Below, one piece after another: positions 18,445 to 27,531 of a DNA stretch of 44,711 bases. The DNA is taken from positions 1-44,711 of the forward strand of contig CAYTKX010000001.1 of assembly GCA_964438495.1 (NCBI GenBank), written 5' to 3'. This DNA is from an uncultured Staphylococcaceae bacterium. Lineage in GTDB: Bacteria; Bacillota_I; Bacilli_A; RFN20; CAG-826. The position numbers were made by a program, and so were the translations under genes. The notes beneath the pieces were generated by a model. It saw nothing but the letters and a program-made list of their open reading frames with translations, made no database searches and had not been told where the DNA came from. Each line of letters begins with the position of its first letter. Within the stretch, counting starts at the first letter, position 1.

Positions 18445-18950
18445 TGCTTCATATAGTGTTATATGAACCTGAGATGCCTGCCAATGTCGGCAATATTATG
18501 CGCACTGCGGTTGCTTTAAACGCAACGCTCCATATTATTGGTCCGACTCCTTTTAATTTTGAAGATAAAAACTTAAAACGGGCCGGCTTAGATTATATTG
18601 GTGATCTTAAGCTATTACTTTATGATAATTATGATCATTTCAATAACAAACATCATAATAAAAAAATAATCTACATATCGCGTTACGGAAAGAAGAACTA
18701 CACTACTTTTGATTATGGGCGCTTTGATGAAGAGATATATATAATGTTTGGCAATGAATCGCACGGCATTCCCTTATCAATATTAAAGGAACATAAAGAA
18801 AACTTAGTGCGCATTCCAATGGTAGCGAATGCTCGTAGTTTAAACTTAGCTAATGCCGTCGCTATCGTTAGTTACGAAGTAATGCGGCAACAAGACTTTT
18901 ACGGGTTAGCGAGTGTAGAAATGATTAAAGGGGATAACTTTTTAGATTAA
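18444..18950 (+). CDS. trmL: tRNA 2'-O-methyltransferase TrmL (SpoU/TrmH family)
   Basis: LYEPEMPANVGNIMRT, FGNESHGIP, and RIPM..NARSLNLANAVAIVSYE. The ~165-aa size fits the TrmL/CspR subgroup. Confidence 0.85.
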   Translation: MLHIVLYEPEMPANVGNIMRTAVALNATLHIIGPTPFNFEDKNLKRAGLDYIGDLKLLLYDNYDHFNNKHHNKKIIYISRYGKKNYTTFDYGRFDEEIYIMFGNESHGIPLSILKEHKENLVRIPMVANARSLNLANAVAIVSYEVMRQQDFYGLASVEMIKGDNFLD

Positions 18951-20315
18951 CCGCTTAATATTGTTTTTAAAATACAAAGCTTCTTCGTCTTTTAAGCGGA
19001 CGAAAAAGGTTTGTTCTTTATTTAATAAAACTTGGCCTGGAAACGGGCCTTTTTTAATGTTTGCGACTTTCGTATAAGTGATATCACCATCACTTTTCCG
19101 CGATAAATAAAGTGCAAGTTTACCAGCGTGTTCTAAAACTTCATGTGAAGGTTCTTTGCTTTCAATAATAATATGAGCGCCTGGGACATTTCGAATATGC
19201 ATGAAGACATCAGTTTTCTTTGCAATCTTAAAGGATAAATAATCATTTTGGCGATTATTGCGGCCAAAGAGAATACGGACATCTTTATAGGTAATAAAAT
19301 ATGGGAATAATGAAGATTTAATATGTGTTTTAACATTAGGTTTATTTAGCCCAAGCTCTTCATAAACTTGTAAGTAAGCTTCATGTGTTTTTAAGGTTTG
19401 CACTTGAAGCGATAAAGCTATTAAATAGTTTTTGCGTTCTTGCGCTTCATTAATGCGGGCGTTTAATATTTCTTCTGACTTTTTAAGTTTTTTCGCTCTT
19501 TTAAAAAGTAGGTCGGCGTTTATGATGGCGTTGTAACGGGGATCAACCTTGATTATTTTACCATTAATTTGCACACTTTCTGCTGCAATTTCTGGTTTAT
19601 TCATCAATAAAAGGTTCGCGTCTTCATAAAGAGTAGGAATATTTTCAAGTTTTGTTAAATCTTTTTGGTAATTTAAGATAAGGCGGTTTAGTCTTTTAAT
19701 ATTATGTTCTAAATATACAAAAAGATCACGGTAATTTTGGCGAATTATTCGTTGTTCATAAAGGCTTAAATACTTATCAATCGTCGGGAGATTATGACTA
19801 AGATCTTTATCTTTAAGCGTAAGGGGAAGGGGTAGTCGAAAAGTTTTTCCGCGTCTAATAAGGCGCCCATCTTTACCGCGTTCATGGTTATAGCGAAAGG
19901 CGGCTAGAATACGCTTTTGGCTGCTTACTAGAACGGCTTGCGGATGATTGGGAATTAACTCAATGTATAAGGTTGTTATTTCTTTTTCTAAAATATTATT
20001 GCGACTTTCAAATTCTAAAGCGATAATCATGTCATCATTGGGTTGCGAAATATTAACGAGCCTGCCACTTAAAAAACGTCTTAAGTCAATCGCAAAACTA
20101 TGAAGGTCACCCCCACTTGGAAAATCACTTAAGTTAGCGTCAAAAACGATAAAGGGAGTGGCGCTATTTAAAGAAATAAATAAGTTACGACCTCTACTAA
20201 AATCTAAAACATAATCGACCAGACTTAGTTGGCGAATTCGTTCTAAAAATAAACCCGTTAAGTCGCTATTAGCGTGCAGTAAGGATTTTAAATCAAGTGG
20301 ATACATTCGTTGCAT
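18942..20315 (-). CDS. NFACT-family protein (FbpA/RqcH-like), shortened
   Basis: The N-terminal NFACT-N-like region is (...FAIDLRRFLSGRLVNISQPNDDMIIALEF...YIELIPNHPQAVL). The C-terminal NFACT-R/DUF814 motif is DVFMHIRNVPGAHIII. It is 457 aa, versus ~570 for Bacillus RqcH. Confidence 0.7.
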   Translation of the reverse strand: MQRMYPLDLKSLLHANSDLTGLFLERIRQLSLVDYVLDFSRGRNLFISLNSATPFIVFDANLSDFPSGGDLHSFAIDLRRFLSGRLVNISQPNDDMIIALEFESRNNILEKEITTLYIELIPNHPQAVLVSSQKRILAAFRYNHERGKDGRLIRRGKTFRLPLPLTLKDKDLSHNLPTIDKYLSLYEQRIIRQNYRDLFVYLEHNIKRLNRLILNYQKDLTKLENIPTLYEDANLLLMNKPEIAAESVQINGKIIKVDPRYNAIINADLLFKRAKKLKKSEEILNARINEAQERKNYLIALSLQVQTLKTHEAYLQVYEELGLNKPNVKTHIKSSLFPYFITYKDVRILFGRNNRQNDYLSFKIAKKTDVFMHIRNVPGAHIIIESKEPSHEVLEHAGKLALYLSRKSDGDITYTKVANIKKGPFPGQVLLNKEQTFFVRLKDEEALYFKNNIKRLI

Positions 20316-20321
20316 GTTTTT

Positions 20322-20327
20322 ATTCTA
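20322..20327 (-). promoter_or_regulatory. Candidate -10 (TAGAAT) 6 nt upstream of the NFACT-gene ATG; possible leaderless transcript
   Basis: The rc of 20322-20327 is TAGAAT, followed by aaaaac, then ATG 20315. No SD. Confidence 0.35.
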
Positions 20328-20335
20328 CATCAAGT

Positions 20336-20364
20336 TTGTTATTTATTGATAAATAATATACAAT
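20336..20364 (+). promoter_or_regulatory. Candidate sigma-70 promoter for the gmk-priA operon
   Basis: TTGTTA (20336-20341), a 17-nt spacer, then TACAAT (20359-20364). An SD-like AAAAAGGTAGG precedes ATG 20393. Confidence 0.4.
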
Positions 20365-20392
20365 TTAAGAAGTAAAAAGGTAGGTTTTGTGT

Positions 20393-20968
20393 ATGAAAAA
20401 AGGAATTATTGTTTTAATTAGTGGCCCCTCTGGCGTCGGTAAAGGAACGATTTTAAAGGAGCTTATTGCGAATAAGGATTTGAATTTAACCTTTAGCATT
20501 TCGATGACGACAAGGGCAAAAAGAGAAAAAGAAGTTCATGGCGAACATTATTTTTTCGTTAGTCAGGAAGAATTTGCCGCTAATTTAAAGCGTGACAACT
20601 TTTTAGAACATGCCACTTTTGTTGGCAATAGTTACGGAACCCCGAAAGATTATGTATTTAGTCTATTAAACGAAGGCAAAAATGTCTTAATCGAAATTGA
20701 GGTAAAAGGCGCAAAAACACTTATCTCAAAAGTTGATCCCGAAGACATTATTTCTTTCTATATTATGCCGCCTTCAGTTGATGCCTTAATCCACCGCTTA
20801 AAGCATCGCGGAACGGAAGATGACGCTACTATTATGCGCCGAGCCGAACAATTCAAAGAAGAAATTAAATATAAAGATCAATACGATTATGCTGTCATTA
20901 ATGATGACCTAGAAACATGTATTAAAGAGGTTACGGCCCTTATTGAAGCACGGATTAATAAAAAATAG
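20393..20968 (+). CDS. gmk: Guanylate kinase
   Basis: SGPSGVGKGT P-loop, S.TTR..R..E..G..Y.F, and ~190 aa. I set the start at ATG 20393 (MKKGIIVL). Confidence 0.9.
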   Translation: MKKGIIVLISGPSGVGKGTILKELIANKDLNLTFSISMTTRAKREKEVHGEHYFFVSQEEFAANLKRDNFLEHATFVGNSYGTPKDYVFSLLNEGKNVLIEIEVKGAKTLISKVDPEDIISFYIMPPSVDALIHRLKHRGTEDDATIMRRAEQFKEEIKYKDQYDYAVINDDLETCIKEVTALIEARINKK

Positions 20969-23158
20969 ATGAAAATTGTCGATGTTATAACCCAATATTC
21001 AAAACTTGATCGGCCTTTTACTTATTATTACGATGGTGATGATATTCAAGTAGGAGTGCGCGTTTTAATATGGTTTAACAAGCGACAAATTGTCGGTTAT
21101 GTCGTCCGAGTTAAAGATACAAAAGAAACAATCAGTGAAGCCGGAGAAAGATTAGGGTTTAAACTATCAAAAATAAATAGAACCCTTGATAAATCGCCCT
21201 TATTAACCGAAGAATTAATGAAGTTAAGTCAAGAAATCACTGACTACTATTTAACTTCAAAAATAAGTGTCTTAAATGCGATGCTGCCACCTTCTTTACG
21301 ACCGACAAAATCTTCATTAAACGCTCCCAAGATTGCCACGCAAATAGTCGTGCGACCTAATCCCGAGTTTAATGATTTTGACACTTTAAAGGCAACCGAC
21401 CTAGCGTTATTTAACGAAATAATTGCCCGCGGTTTTATTATTCGCTCTTCGAAAAATAGAGTAAAGATTATGCGTTTATATGAGGCGAACGCTGTTATTT
21501 TAGAAGAACAAGAGAAGTATCGTTTAAAATATGATCATTATCCAATTACAAAACCAAATGCTTTAACGGTTAAACAAGTTGAGGCAATAAGTAAAATAAT
21601 TGCTGATCAGCATCAAACATTTTTGCTTCACGGTATTACGGGAAGCGGAAAAACCGAAGTATATTTAGGGTTAGCCGCTCATTATTTAAAGCTTAAAAAG
21701 AAAGTATTACTCCTCGTCCCTGAAATTTCTTTAACCGGCACAATGCTTGCGACTTTCTATCGCCGTTTTGGGAAACGCATTGCTATTCTCCATAGTGAAT
21801 TAACCCCATCTGAAAAATATGATGAATATCGCCGGATTAGAAAAGGTGAAGTAGAAATTGTTGTCGGAGCACGAAGCGCTGTCTTTGCCCCACTAAACGA
21901 TATTGGGATCATTATTCTTGATGAAGAACATGTCGAAACTTATAAACAAGATGTTGCCCCTTTCTATCACGCGCTTAAAGTTGCGCAAATGCGGGCCGAG
22001 CATTTTAACGCCAAAGTTGTCGTGGGCAGTGCCACACCAAGCCTTGATACGATGGCCCGAGCAAAGCGTGATGTTTATGGGTATTATTTTTTAAGTGAAC
22101 GCATTAACAAAAAACCATTACCAAAGACAGAAATTATTAATATGCTTGATTATAAGAATGTTTTACCGACATCCCCTTATATTTCAAAATCTCTTTATGA
22201 AGCGATGAAAGAAGCATTAAATAATAAGACTCAAATTATTCTCCTTGTTAATCGGCGTGGTTATTCAACCTTTGTTAGTTGCCGGGAATGCGGGACCACA
22301 AAAAGATGTCCAACATGCGGAATTGCCTTAACGTATCATAAAAGTGGTCACGTTATGAAGTGTCATCATTGTGGCATTAATTATGAAGTAAATGCGCCGT
22401 GCGAAAAATGTGGTGGCGTCATGTTTAACTTTGCCGGCTTTGCAACTCAAAAAGCCGAAGAAGATATTCAAAAGCTATTTCCGGAGGCTCGTATCTTACG
22501 GCTTGATAGCGATGTAAGTCGTAAAGATAAAACACCGCAAAAAGTATTAAATAAATTTATGAATTATGAGGCTGATATTTTAATTGGCACACAAATGGTG
22601 GCGAAAGGTCATGACTTCCCGCTTGTTAGTTTAGTCGGGGTTATTGGCACTGACGCCAACCTAGCGTTTCCTTCATTTCGCAGCGGAGAACGTACTTTCC
22701 AACTCATTACCCAAGCAATTGGCCGCTCCGGACGCGAAAAAGTAAAAGGTAAAGCGATTATTCAAACGAATATGCCAGCTCATTACATTATCGAACTAGC
22801 GAAAAAACAAGATTATTTTGCGTTTTATGAAACCGAGATGATGCAGCGAAGATATACGCAAAATCCGCCCTATTACTATGTAATGTCGGTGACACTTAGT
22901 CATCAAGATGAAGCCATCATGCATACGACAATTCAAAGTTTAAAGTATAATCTAACTAGTGCATTACAAAGTGATGCCTTAGTGATTGGTCCAACGACTA
23001 GTTTTATGCCGCAAAGTGGGAAAACTTTTAATGAAACTTTAATTATTAAGTATAAAGATTATGCAAAAATAAAGCCCACACTATTAAAAGTATTACGACC
23101 ATTTAAAGAAGAATCATCATTTTATGTGCAAATAAATGTTGATTCATATGATATTTAG
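20969..23158 (+). CDS. priA: Primosomal protein N' (replication restart helicase PriA)
   Basis: GITGSGKTEVY, ILDEEH, and the Cys-rich zinc module (CRECG...CPTCG...CHHCG...CEKCG). Confidence 0.9.
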   Translation: MKIVDVITQYSKLDRPFTYYYDGDDIQVGVRVLIWFNKRQIVGYVVRVKDTKETISEAGERLGFKLSKINRTLDKSPLLTEELMKLSQEITDYYLTSKISVLNAMLPPSLRPTKSSLNAPKIATQIVVRPNPEFNDFDTLKATDLALFNEIIARGFIIRSSKNRVKIMRLYEANAVILEEQEKYRLKYDHYPITKPNALTVKQVEAISKIIADQHQTFLLHGITGSGKTEVYLGLAAHYLKLKKKVLLLVPEISLTGTMLATFYRRFGKRIAILHSELTPSEKYDEYRRIRKGEVEIVVGARSAVFAPLNDIGIIILDEEHVETYKQDVAPFYHALKVAQMRAEHFNAKVVVGSATPSLDTMARAKRDVYGYYFLSERINKKPLPKTEIINMLDYKNVLPTSPYISKSLYEAMKEALNNKTQIILLVNRRGYSTFVSCRECGTTKRCPTCGIALTYHKSGHVMKCHHCGINYEVNAPCEKCGGVMFNFAGFATQKAEEDIQKLFPEARILRLDSDVSRKDKTPQKVLNKFMNYEADILIGTQMVAKGHDFPLVSLVGVIGTDANLAFPSFRSGERTFQLITQAIGRSGREKVKGKAIIQTNMPAHYIIELAKKQDYFAFYETEMMQRRYTQNPPYYYVMSVTLSHQDEAIMHTTIQSLKYNLTSALQSDALVIGPTTSFMPQSGKTFNETLIIKYKDYAKIKPTLLKVLRPFKEESSFYVQINVDSYDI

Positions 23159-23170
23159 AAAGGGAAAAGT

Positions 23171-23581
23171 ATGGTAGTTATTAAAATTTATTCTCAAGAT
23201 ATGTATGTTGCAAGTGAGGTTAGCATTAATCACGCTGCCGCTGTGGCGAAACTTTTAAAAGTTGAAGTGACCGATATTTTCTTTGTCGGCAGTGAAGGCA
23301 CTTTAGTGGCCGAAGGCGTCGATCAAGTAAGTTGGTTTACGTATTTAGAGGTTTCTTTACCTAAAGCAAAAGAAAATAAACAACAAGAATTAAGCGAATT
23401 TCTCCATAAAATCTTTAGTAATTATGGGGTCCATATTATGATTAAATACGATTACTACGAAGAAAATCATCTCGTTAAAATCTTAAATCCGGAGTTCAAA
23501 GTGTTTAATGAAACGATGGTCGAAGTCTTAACCCATGAAAACTATTATGGTGATGAAGAAGAAGACGAAGACTGGGAGTAA
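23171..23581 (+). CDS. Hypothetical small acidic protein (possibly DUF1904-like)
   Basis: 136-aa ORF with an SD-like GAAAGGGAAAAG upstream and an acidic tail, GDEEEDEDWE. The family assignment is from memory only. Confidence 0.5.
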   Translation: MVVIKIYSQDMYVASEVSINHAAAVAKLLKVEVTDIFFVGSEGTLVAEGVDQVSWFTYLEVSLPKAKENKQQELSEFLHKIFSNYGVHIMIKYDYYEENHLVKILNPEFKVFNETMVEVLTHENYYGDEEEDEDWE

Positions 23582-23643
23582 AATTACAAACGTTCTAATA
23601 TATTAGAAGAAATAAATATAGGGTGGTATACTATACCTAGCAG

Positions 23644-24861
23644 GTGAATATGATTAAATACATTATCGAAACAACAAAAAGCATTATGGAAGGGACTCTT
23701 CCCTATCAAACATTTACAAAAGACTTAGGCGAGAGTGAAAATTTTTCTGATGTTGAAAAGCACGCCGTTCGCACTTTAGTAAATGCGTTATTAAACCGTT
23801 ATTTCCGCTATTACTATTCACTTACTAAAAATGAAGAGACAACTTTAACAACTGAAGAAGTACTTGCTTTAGCGCTCTTTAGTTTTAATAGCGAAAAAAA
23901 TGTCATGAAAATGACGTATGAAGAACTTTTAAGTGCCTTGCCGGCAAATAGCCAAGTTAAGCTTGAAGAAAAGTATCCTTTAACTTCATTTCCAATTCGT
24001 ATTCCGCAAGGGCTTCATCTTGAAAATCTTGCCTTATCTTATGCAACACGCTTTAGCGCCCCTTACTTTTTAATCGAACAATTAATTGTTGATATCGGCA
24101 AGAAAAACATCTTAAAGTTTCTTTCGCAGCGCCCCTTTGAAGCGTGCGGCCTCGTTAATCAAAAATTAATAACGCCGACCGACTTTTTTGCTAAACATAA
24201 AGCATTTGTCCCTGGGGAAAAAGAAGGACACTTCGTTTATAAAGGGAAAGAGTTTTTAAAAAAGACGAAACCTTATATTGATAACGAAATTATATTAACG
24301 ACCCAAAGCATGTTAGATATTGCTGAATTAATTGGCGATTCCGCGCCTTCTAATTTACTATTTGTGCAATATAAAGATACATCTTTAGTGCTCCTTTTAG
24401 CGTTACTTTATCCCGAAATTACAATTCACTTTACCGCTGAAGAGCCAAAATCGCGCTTTATTTTGCAACATTTAGTGCGCAAATTCGACTTAAAAAACTT
24501 AAGTTATGTCAATTCAATTGCCCAAACTTATGATTTTGTCGTTACTTCTTTAGAAGGATCAAATATTAACGGTAATATTAGATATCGTGATTTCTACTTC
24601 CGCCTCCCTCAAGATTTAAATAGCATTACTCTTAAAGCTAAAGAACAACTATTAAGCGTTAAAGACTATGTGAAAGATGAAGGAAATTTAATCTTTTTAA
24701 CTTATACTGCCCTTCGGGCGGAGACACATTACCAAGCGTTAAGCTTTATTCGTGATCATGGTGAATTCAATCTCGAAAAAGAAAAACAATACTTCCATTT
24801 CAACCCCTTTCATGAAACTGTATATTACGCTTTTTTCAAGAAAGGTTTAAATGACAAATAA
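23644..24861 (+). CDS. RsmB/Sun-like protein with degenerate methyltransferase motifs (probable pseudoenzyme)
   Basis: It occupies the rsmB slot between priA and rlmN. Its layout is colinear with RsmB: a NusB-like N-terminus, then a Rossmann-like C-terminus. The SAM and catalytic motifs are all replaced (see finding). The start is GTG 23644 or ATG 23650. Confidence 0.6.
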   Translation: MNMIKYIIETTKSIMEGTLPYQTFTKDLGESENFSDVEKHAVRTLVNALLNRYFRYYYSLTKNEETTLTTEEVLALALFSFNSEKNVMKMTYEELLSALPANSQVKLEEKYPLTSFPIRIPQGLHLENLALSYATRFSAPYFLIEQLIVDIGKKNILKFLSQRPFEACGLVNQKLITPTDFFAKHKAFVPGEKEGHFVYKGKEFLKKTKPYIDNEIILTTQSMLDIAELIGDSAPSNLLFVQYKDTSLVLLLALLYPEITIHFTAEEPKSRFILQHLVRKFDLKNLSYVNSIAQTYDFVVTSLEGSNINGNIRYRDFYFRLPQDLNSITLKAKEQLLSVKDYVKDEGNLIFLTYTALRAETHYQALSFIRDHGEFNLEKEKQYFHFNPFHETVYYAFFKKGLNDK

Positions 24862-25915
24862 GCTTAATTTTTATGATTTTTCATTACCGAAGCTCCAAGT
24901 CTTTTTAAGTGAGCACGGTTTTAAAAAGTTTAGTGCGACCCAAGCTTTTGAATGGGTCTATTTAAAAGGCGAACAAGACTTTGCAGCAATGAGCAATTTA
25001 GCGCTTAAAGCCCGCGATTTTCTTAGTGAAAACTTTACTTTTGATTTACCAACGATTACGAAAAAACATGTAAGTGAAGATGGAACGATAAAATTACTCG
25101 TTGCTTTAAAAGACGGCAGTTTAGTGGAAACGGTTTTAATGCGTTATAACTACGGTAATGTCGTTTGTGTAACGACCCAAGTTGGTTGTAATATGGGATG
25201 CCTATTTTGTGCCTCGGGACTATTAAAAAAGCAACGTGATCTAAAACCCGGTGAAATGCTTGGTCAAGTGTTACTAATTAATAACATTTTAAAAGAAAAT
25301 AATGAAAAGCGCCTTACAACCCACGTCGTACTTATGGGGATTGGTGAGCCGTTTGATAACTTTACGAATATTATTGATTTTATCGATTTATTAAATAATC
25401 CAAAATCTTTAGAAATTGGCGCCCGGCACATTACAGTCTCAACTTGTGGCTTAGTGCCAAAGATTAAAGAGTTCGCTGACTTAAAATTACAAGTAAAACT
25501 AGCGATTTCTTTGCACGCCCCAACTGACGTTAAACGAAACCAAATTATGCCGATTAATAAGGCGTATCCTTTAAAAGAAGTCATCGCCGCAGTTAAGTAT
25601 TACGAACAAAAAACGAATAAACGTATTACTTACGAATACATTATGCTTAAAGACTTTAATGATTCACTCGATGACGCCCGGGAACTAGCCAAACTTATAA
25701 AAGGAACTAACGGCTTTGTAAACTTAATTCCGTATAACCCTGTTGATGAACATGATTTTGCGCGTAGTCCACGTGACCGGACTTATGCTTTTGCAAATGC
25801 TTTAAAAAAGTTAGGAGTGCAAACAACAATCCGCAAAGAATTTGGAAATGATATTGACGCTGCCTGTGGCCAATTACGGGCAAAGGAGGAAAAAACTCGT
25901 GGCGACCGCGATTAA
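24851..25915 (+). CDS. rlmN: 23S rRNA/tRNA adenine-C2 methyltransferase RlmN (radical SAM)
   Basis: Radical-SAM CNMGCLFCASG, GIGEPFDN, and a C-terminal DIDAACGQL with the conserved Cys. Confidence 0.9.
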   Translation: MTNKLNFYDFSLPKLQVFLSEHGFKKFSATQAFEWVYLKGEQDFAAMSNLALKARDFLSENFTFDLPTITKKHVSEDGTIKLLVALKDGSLVETVLMRYNYGNVVCVTTQVGCNMGCLFCASGLLKKQRDLKPGEMLGQVLLINNILKENNEKRLTTHVVLMGIGEPFDNFTNIIDFIDLLNNPKSLEIGARHITVSTCGLVPKIKEFADLKLQVKLAISLHAPTDVKRNQIMPINKAYPLKEVIAAVKYYEQKTNKRITYEYIMLKDFNDSLDDARELAKLIKGTNGFVNLIPYNPVDEHDFARSPRDRTYAFANALKKLGVQTTIRKEFGNDIDAACGQLRAKEEKTRGDRD

Positions 25916-26651
25916 AGGTACTTTTGCGTCGAAAAGTGATCGTGGGTTAGTTCGCCTCCATAATGAAGACCGGGCGGCGGTGCTTTTAAATCAAAAAGGT
26001 GATTTACTTTTTGTCGTTTGTGACGGCTTAGGTGGTCATAATAAAGGTGATTTTGCCTCAAAACTTGCTATTGACATGTTAATGACGGCCTTTGCTAACA
26101 ATAAAGGCTTTTGGACAAGTAGCAGCATTAAACGCTTTTTAGCCCGTAATATACGCGCAATTAACCGAGTTATTTTCCAAGAAAGTAACAATGACCGCGA
26201 AATGAATAATATGTCTACAACTTTAAACGCTGTCGTGTTAACGAAAAATAAAATGGTGAGTGTTAATATTGGCGATAGTCGTTTTTATTTAATTGATGGC
26301 GAAAAGATTGAACAAATTAGTGAAGATGATACAGTCGTCAGCTATTTAGTGCGCACCAACCAAATAACTGAAGCCGAAGCTTTAGTGCATCCTAAACGCC
26401 ATATCGTCACAAACGCCTTAGGAACCTTACCGACAGTTAACTTTAATTTTAAACGCGTTAAATACCGCGGTGAAAAAATACTTTTATGTACTGATGGGCT
26501 TTACAATATGGTCGGAGAAGATGAAATTGTAAAGATTTTAAATACAAACAAGACAATTGAATCTAAAGTAGACTCTTTAATTGCCCTCGCAAATAATCAC
26601 GGTGGTGCTGATAACATTGGCATTGCCTTATGGGAGCCAGATAATGATTAA
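25899..26651 (+). CDS. prpC: PP2C-family Ser/Thr phosphatase
   Basis: SDRGLVRLHNED, CDGLGGH, and GGADNI. I set the start at GTG 25899, 8 nt after AAAGGAGGA (25882-25890). It overlaps the rlmN stop. Confidence 0.85.
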   Translation: MATAIKGTFASKSDRGLVRLHNEDRAAVLLNQKGDLLFVVCDGLGGHNKGDFASKLAIDMLMTAFANNKGFWTSSSIKRFLARNIRAINRVIFQESNNDREMNNMSTTLNAVVLTKNKMVSVNIGDSRFYLIDGEKIEQISEDDTVVSYLVRTNQITEAEALVHPKRHIVTNALGTLPTVNFNFKRVKYRGEKILLCTDGLYNMVGEDEIVKILNTNKTIESKVDSLIALANNHGGADNIGIALWEPDND

Positions 26652-27531
26652 AGTTGGAGATTTAATTGACAATCGATATCGTATTGTCAGCTTACTTGGT
26701 GAAGGGGGCATGGGTACGGTTTATGAAGCCGTCGATATTATTACCAAACGTAATGTCGCGCTTAAGTTTTTAAAAGCGTCAGTTGCCCAAGATAAAGTAA
26801 ATCTCGCCCGTTTTGAAATAGAAGCCAAAGCGACCGCTACTTTAAATCATCCCAATATTGTCCGTGTTGTCAGTGTTGGTAAATATGAAAATCTCCCCTA
26901 TATGGTTAATGAACTTGTCGTTGGTAATACACTAGAAGAAGAACTCGCTAGTCGTGGTCGTTATACTTTCTTAGAAGCGCTTGATATTATTGAACAACTT
27001 TGTAACGCTGTCGCGCTTGCCCATCAAAATGGGGTCATTCATCGCGATATTAAACCAAGCAATATTTATATTACGAAAGAAGGACTCGTTAAATTAGGAG
27101 ACTTTGGTATTGCCCGTTATAGTGATTCAAAAAGAGTAACGAGTAATACAAGTATTGTCGGTAGCGCACACTATTTAGCGCCGGAAGTTTGTAAAGGAGC
27201 CGAATCAACACCGCGAAGTGACATTTACGCGCTCGGTATTAATTTATTTGAACTTATTACCGGACACGTCCCTTTTGACGGCGAAAGTAATGTCGCTATT
27301 GCCGTAAAGCAAATTAAAGAAAAGTTTCCAAGTCCCCGTAAATACAATAAAAACACTCCAAAAGCCCTTGAACTTATTATTAAAAAATGCTGTAAGAAAA
27401 ATCCGCGTGACCGTTATGAAGACGTTAATGCTTTAAAAGAGGATATTTTAAAACTAAAAGGAAATCAAAAAGCCTTACGCCCGCGGCAATCCATTTGGGT
27501 ACGCTGGTTTGGCTTTGCGACTGAGGATTAA
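26644..27531 (+). CDS. prkC: Hanks-type Ser/Thr protein kinase, catalytic domain only (no TM or PASTA region)
   Basis: GEGGMGTVY, VALK, HRDIKPSN, DFGIA, and APE. I set the start at ATG 26644 (MIKVGDL), overlapping the prpC stop. The protein ends ~25 aa after the kinase domain. Confidence 0.85.
   Translation: MIKVGDLIDNRYRIVSLLGEGGMGTVYEAVDIITKRNVALKFLKASVAQDKVNLARFEIEAKATATLNHPNIVRVVSVGKYENLPYMVNELVVGNTLEEELASRGRYTFLEALDIIEQLCNAVALAHQNGVIHRDIKPSNIYITKEGLVKLGDFGIARYSDSKRVTSNTSIVGSAHYLAPEVCKGAESTPRSDIYALGINLFELITGHVPFDGESNVAIAVKQIKEKFPSPRKYNKNTPKALELIIKKCCKKNPRDRYEDVNALKEDILKLKGNQKALRPRQSIWVRWFGFATED

Noticed and set aside
18188-22094. Short ORFs 18188-18385 (plus), 19133-19336 (minus) and 21903-22094 (plus).
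   Set aside because: Each is an out-of-frame or antisense shadow inside ppa, the NFACT gene or priA respectively.
25264-25584. 106-aa minus-strand ORF inside rlmN.
   Set aside because: It is antisense to a gene with intact radical-SAM motifs and has no signals of its own.
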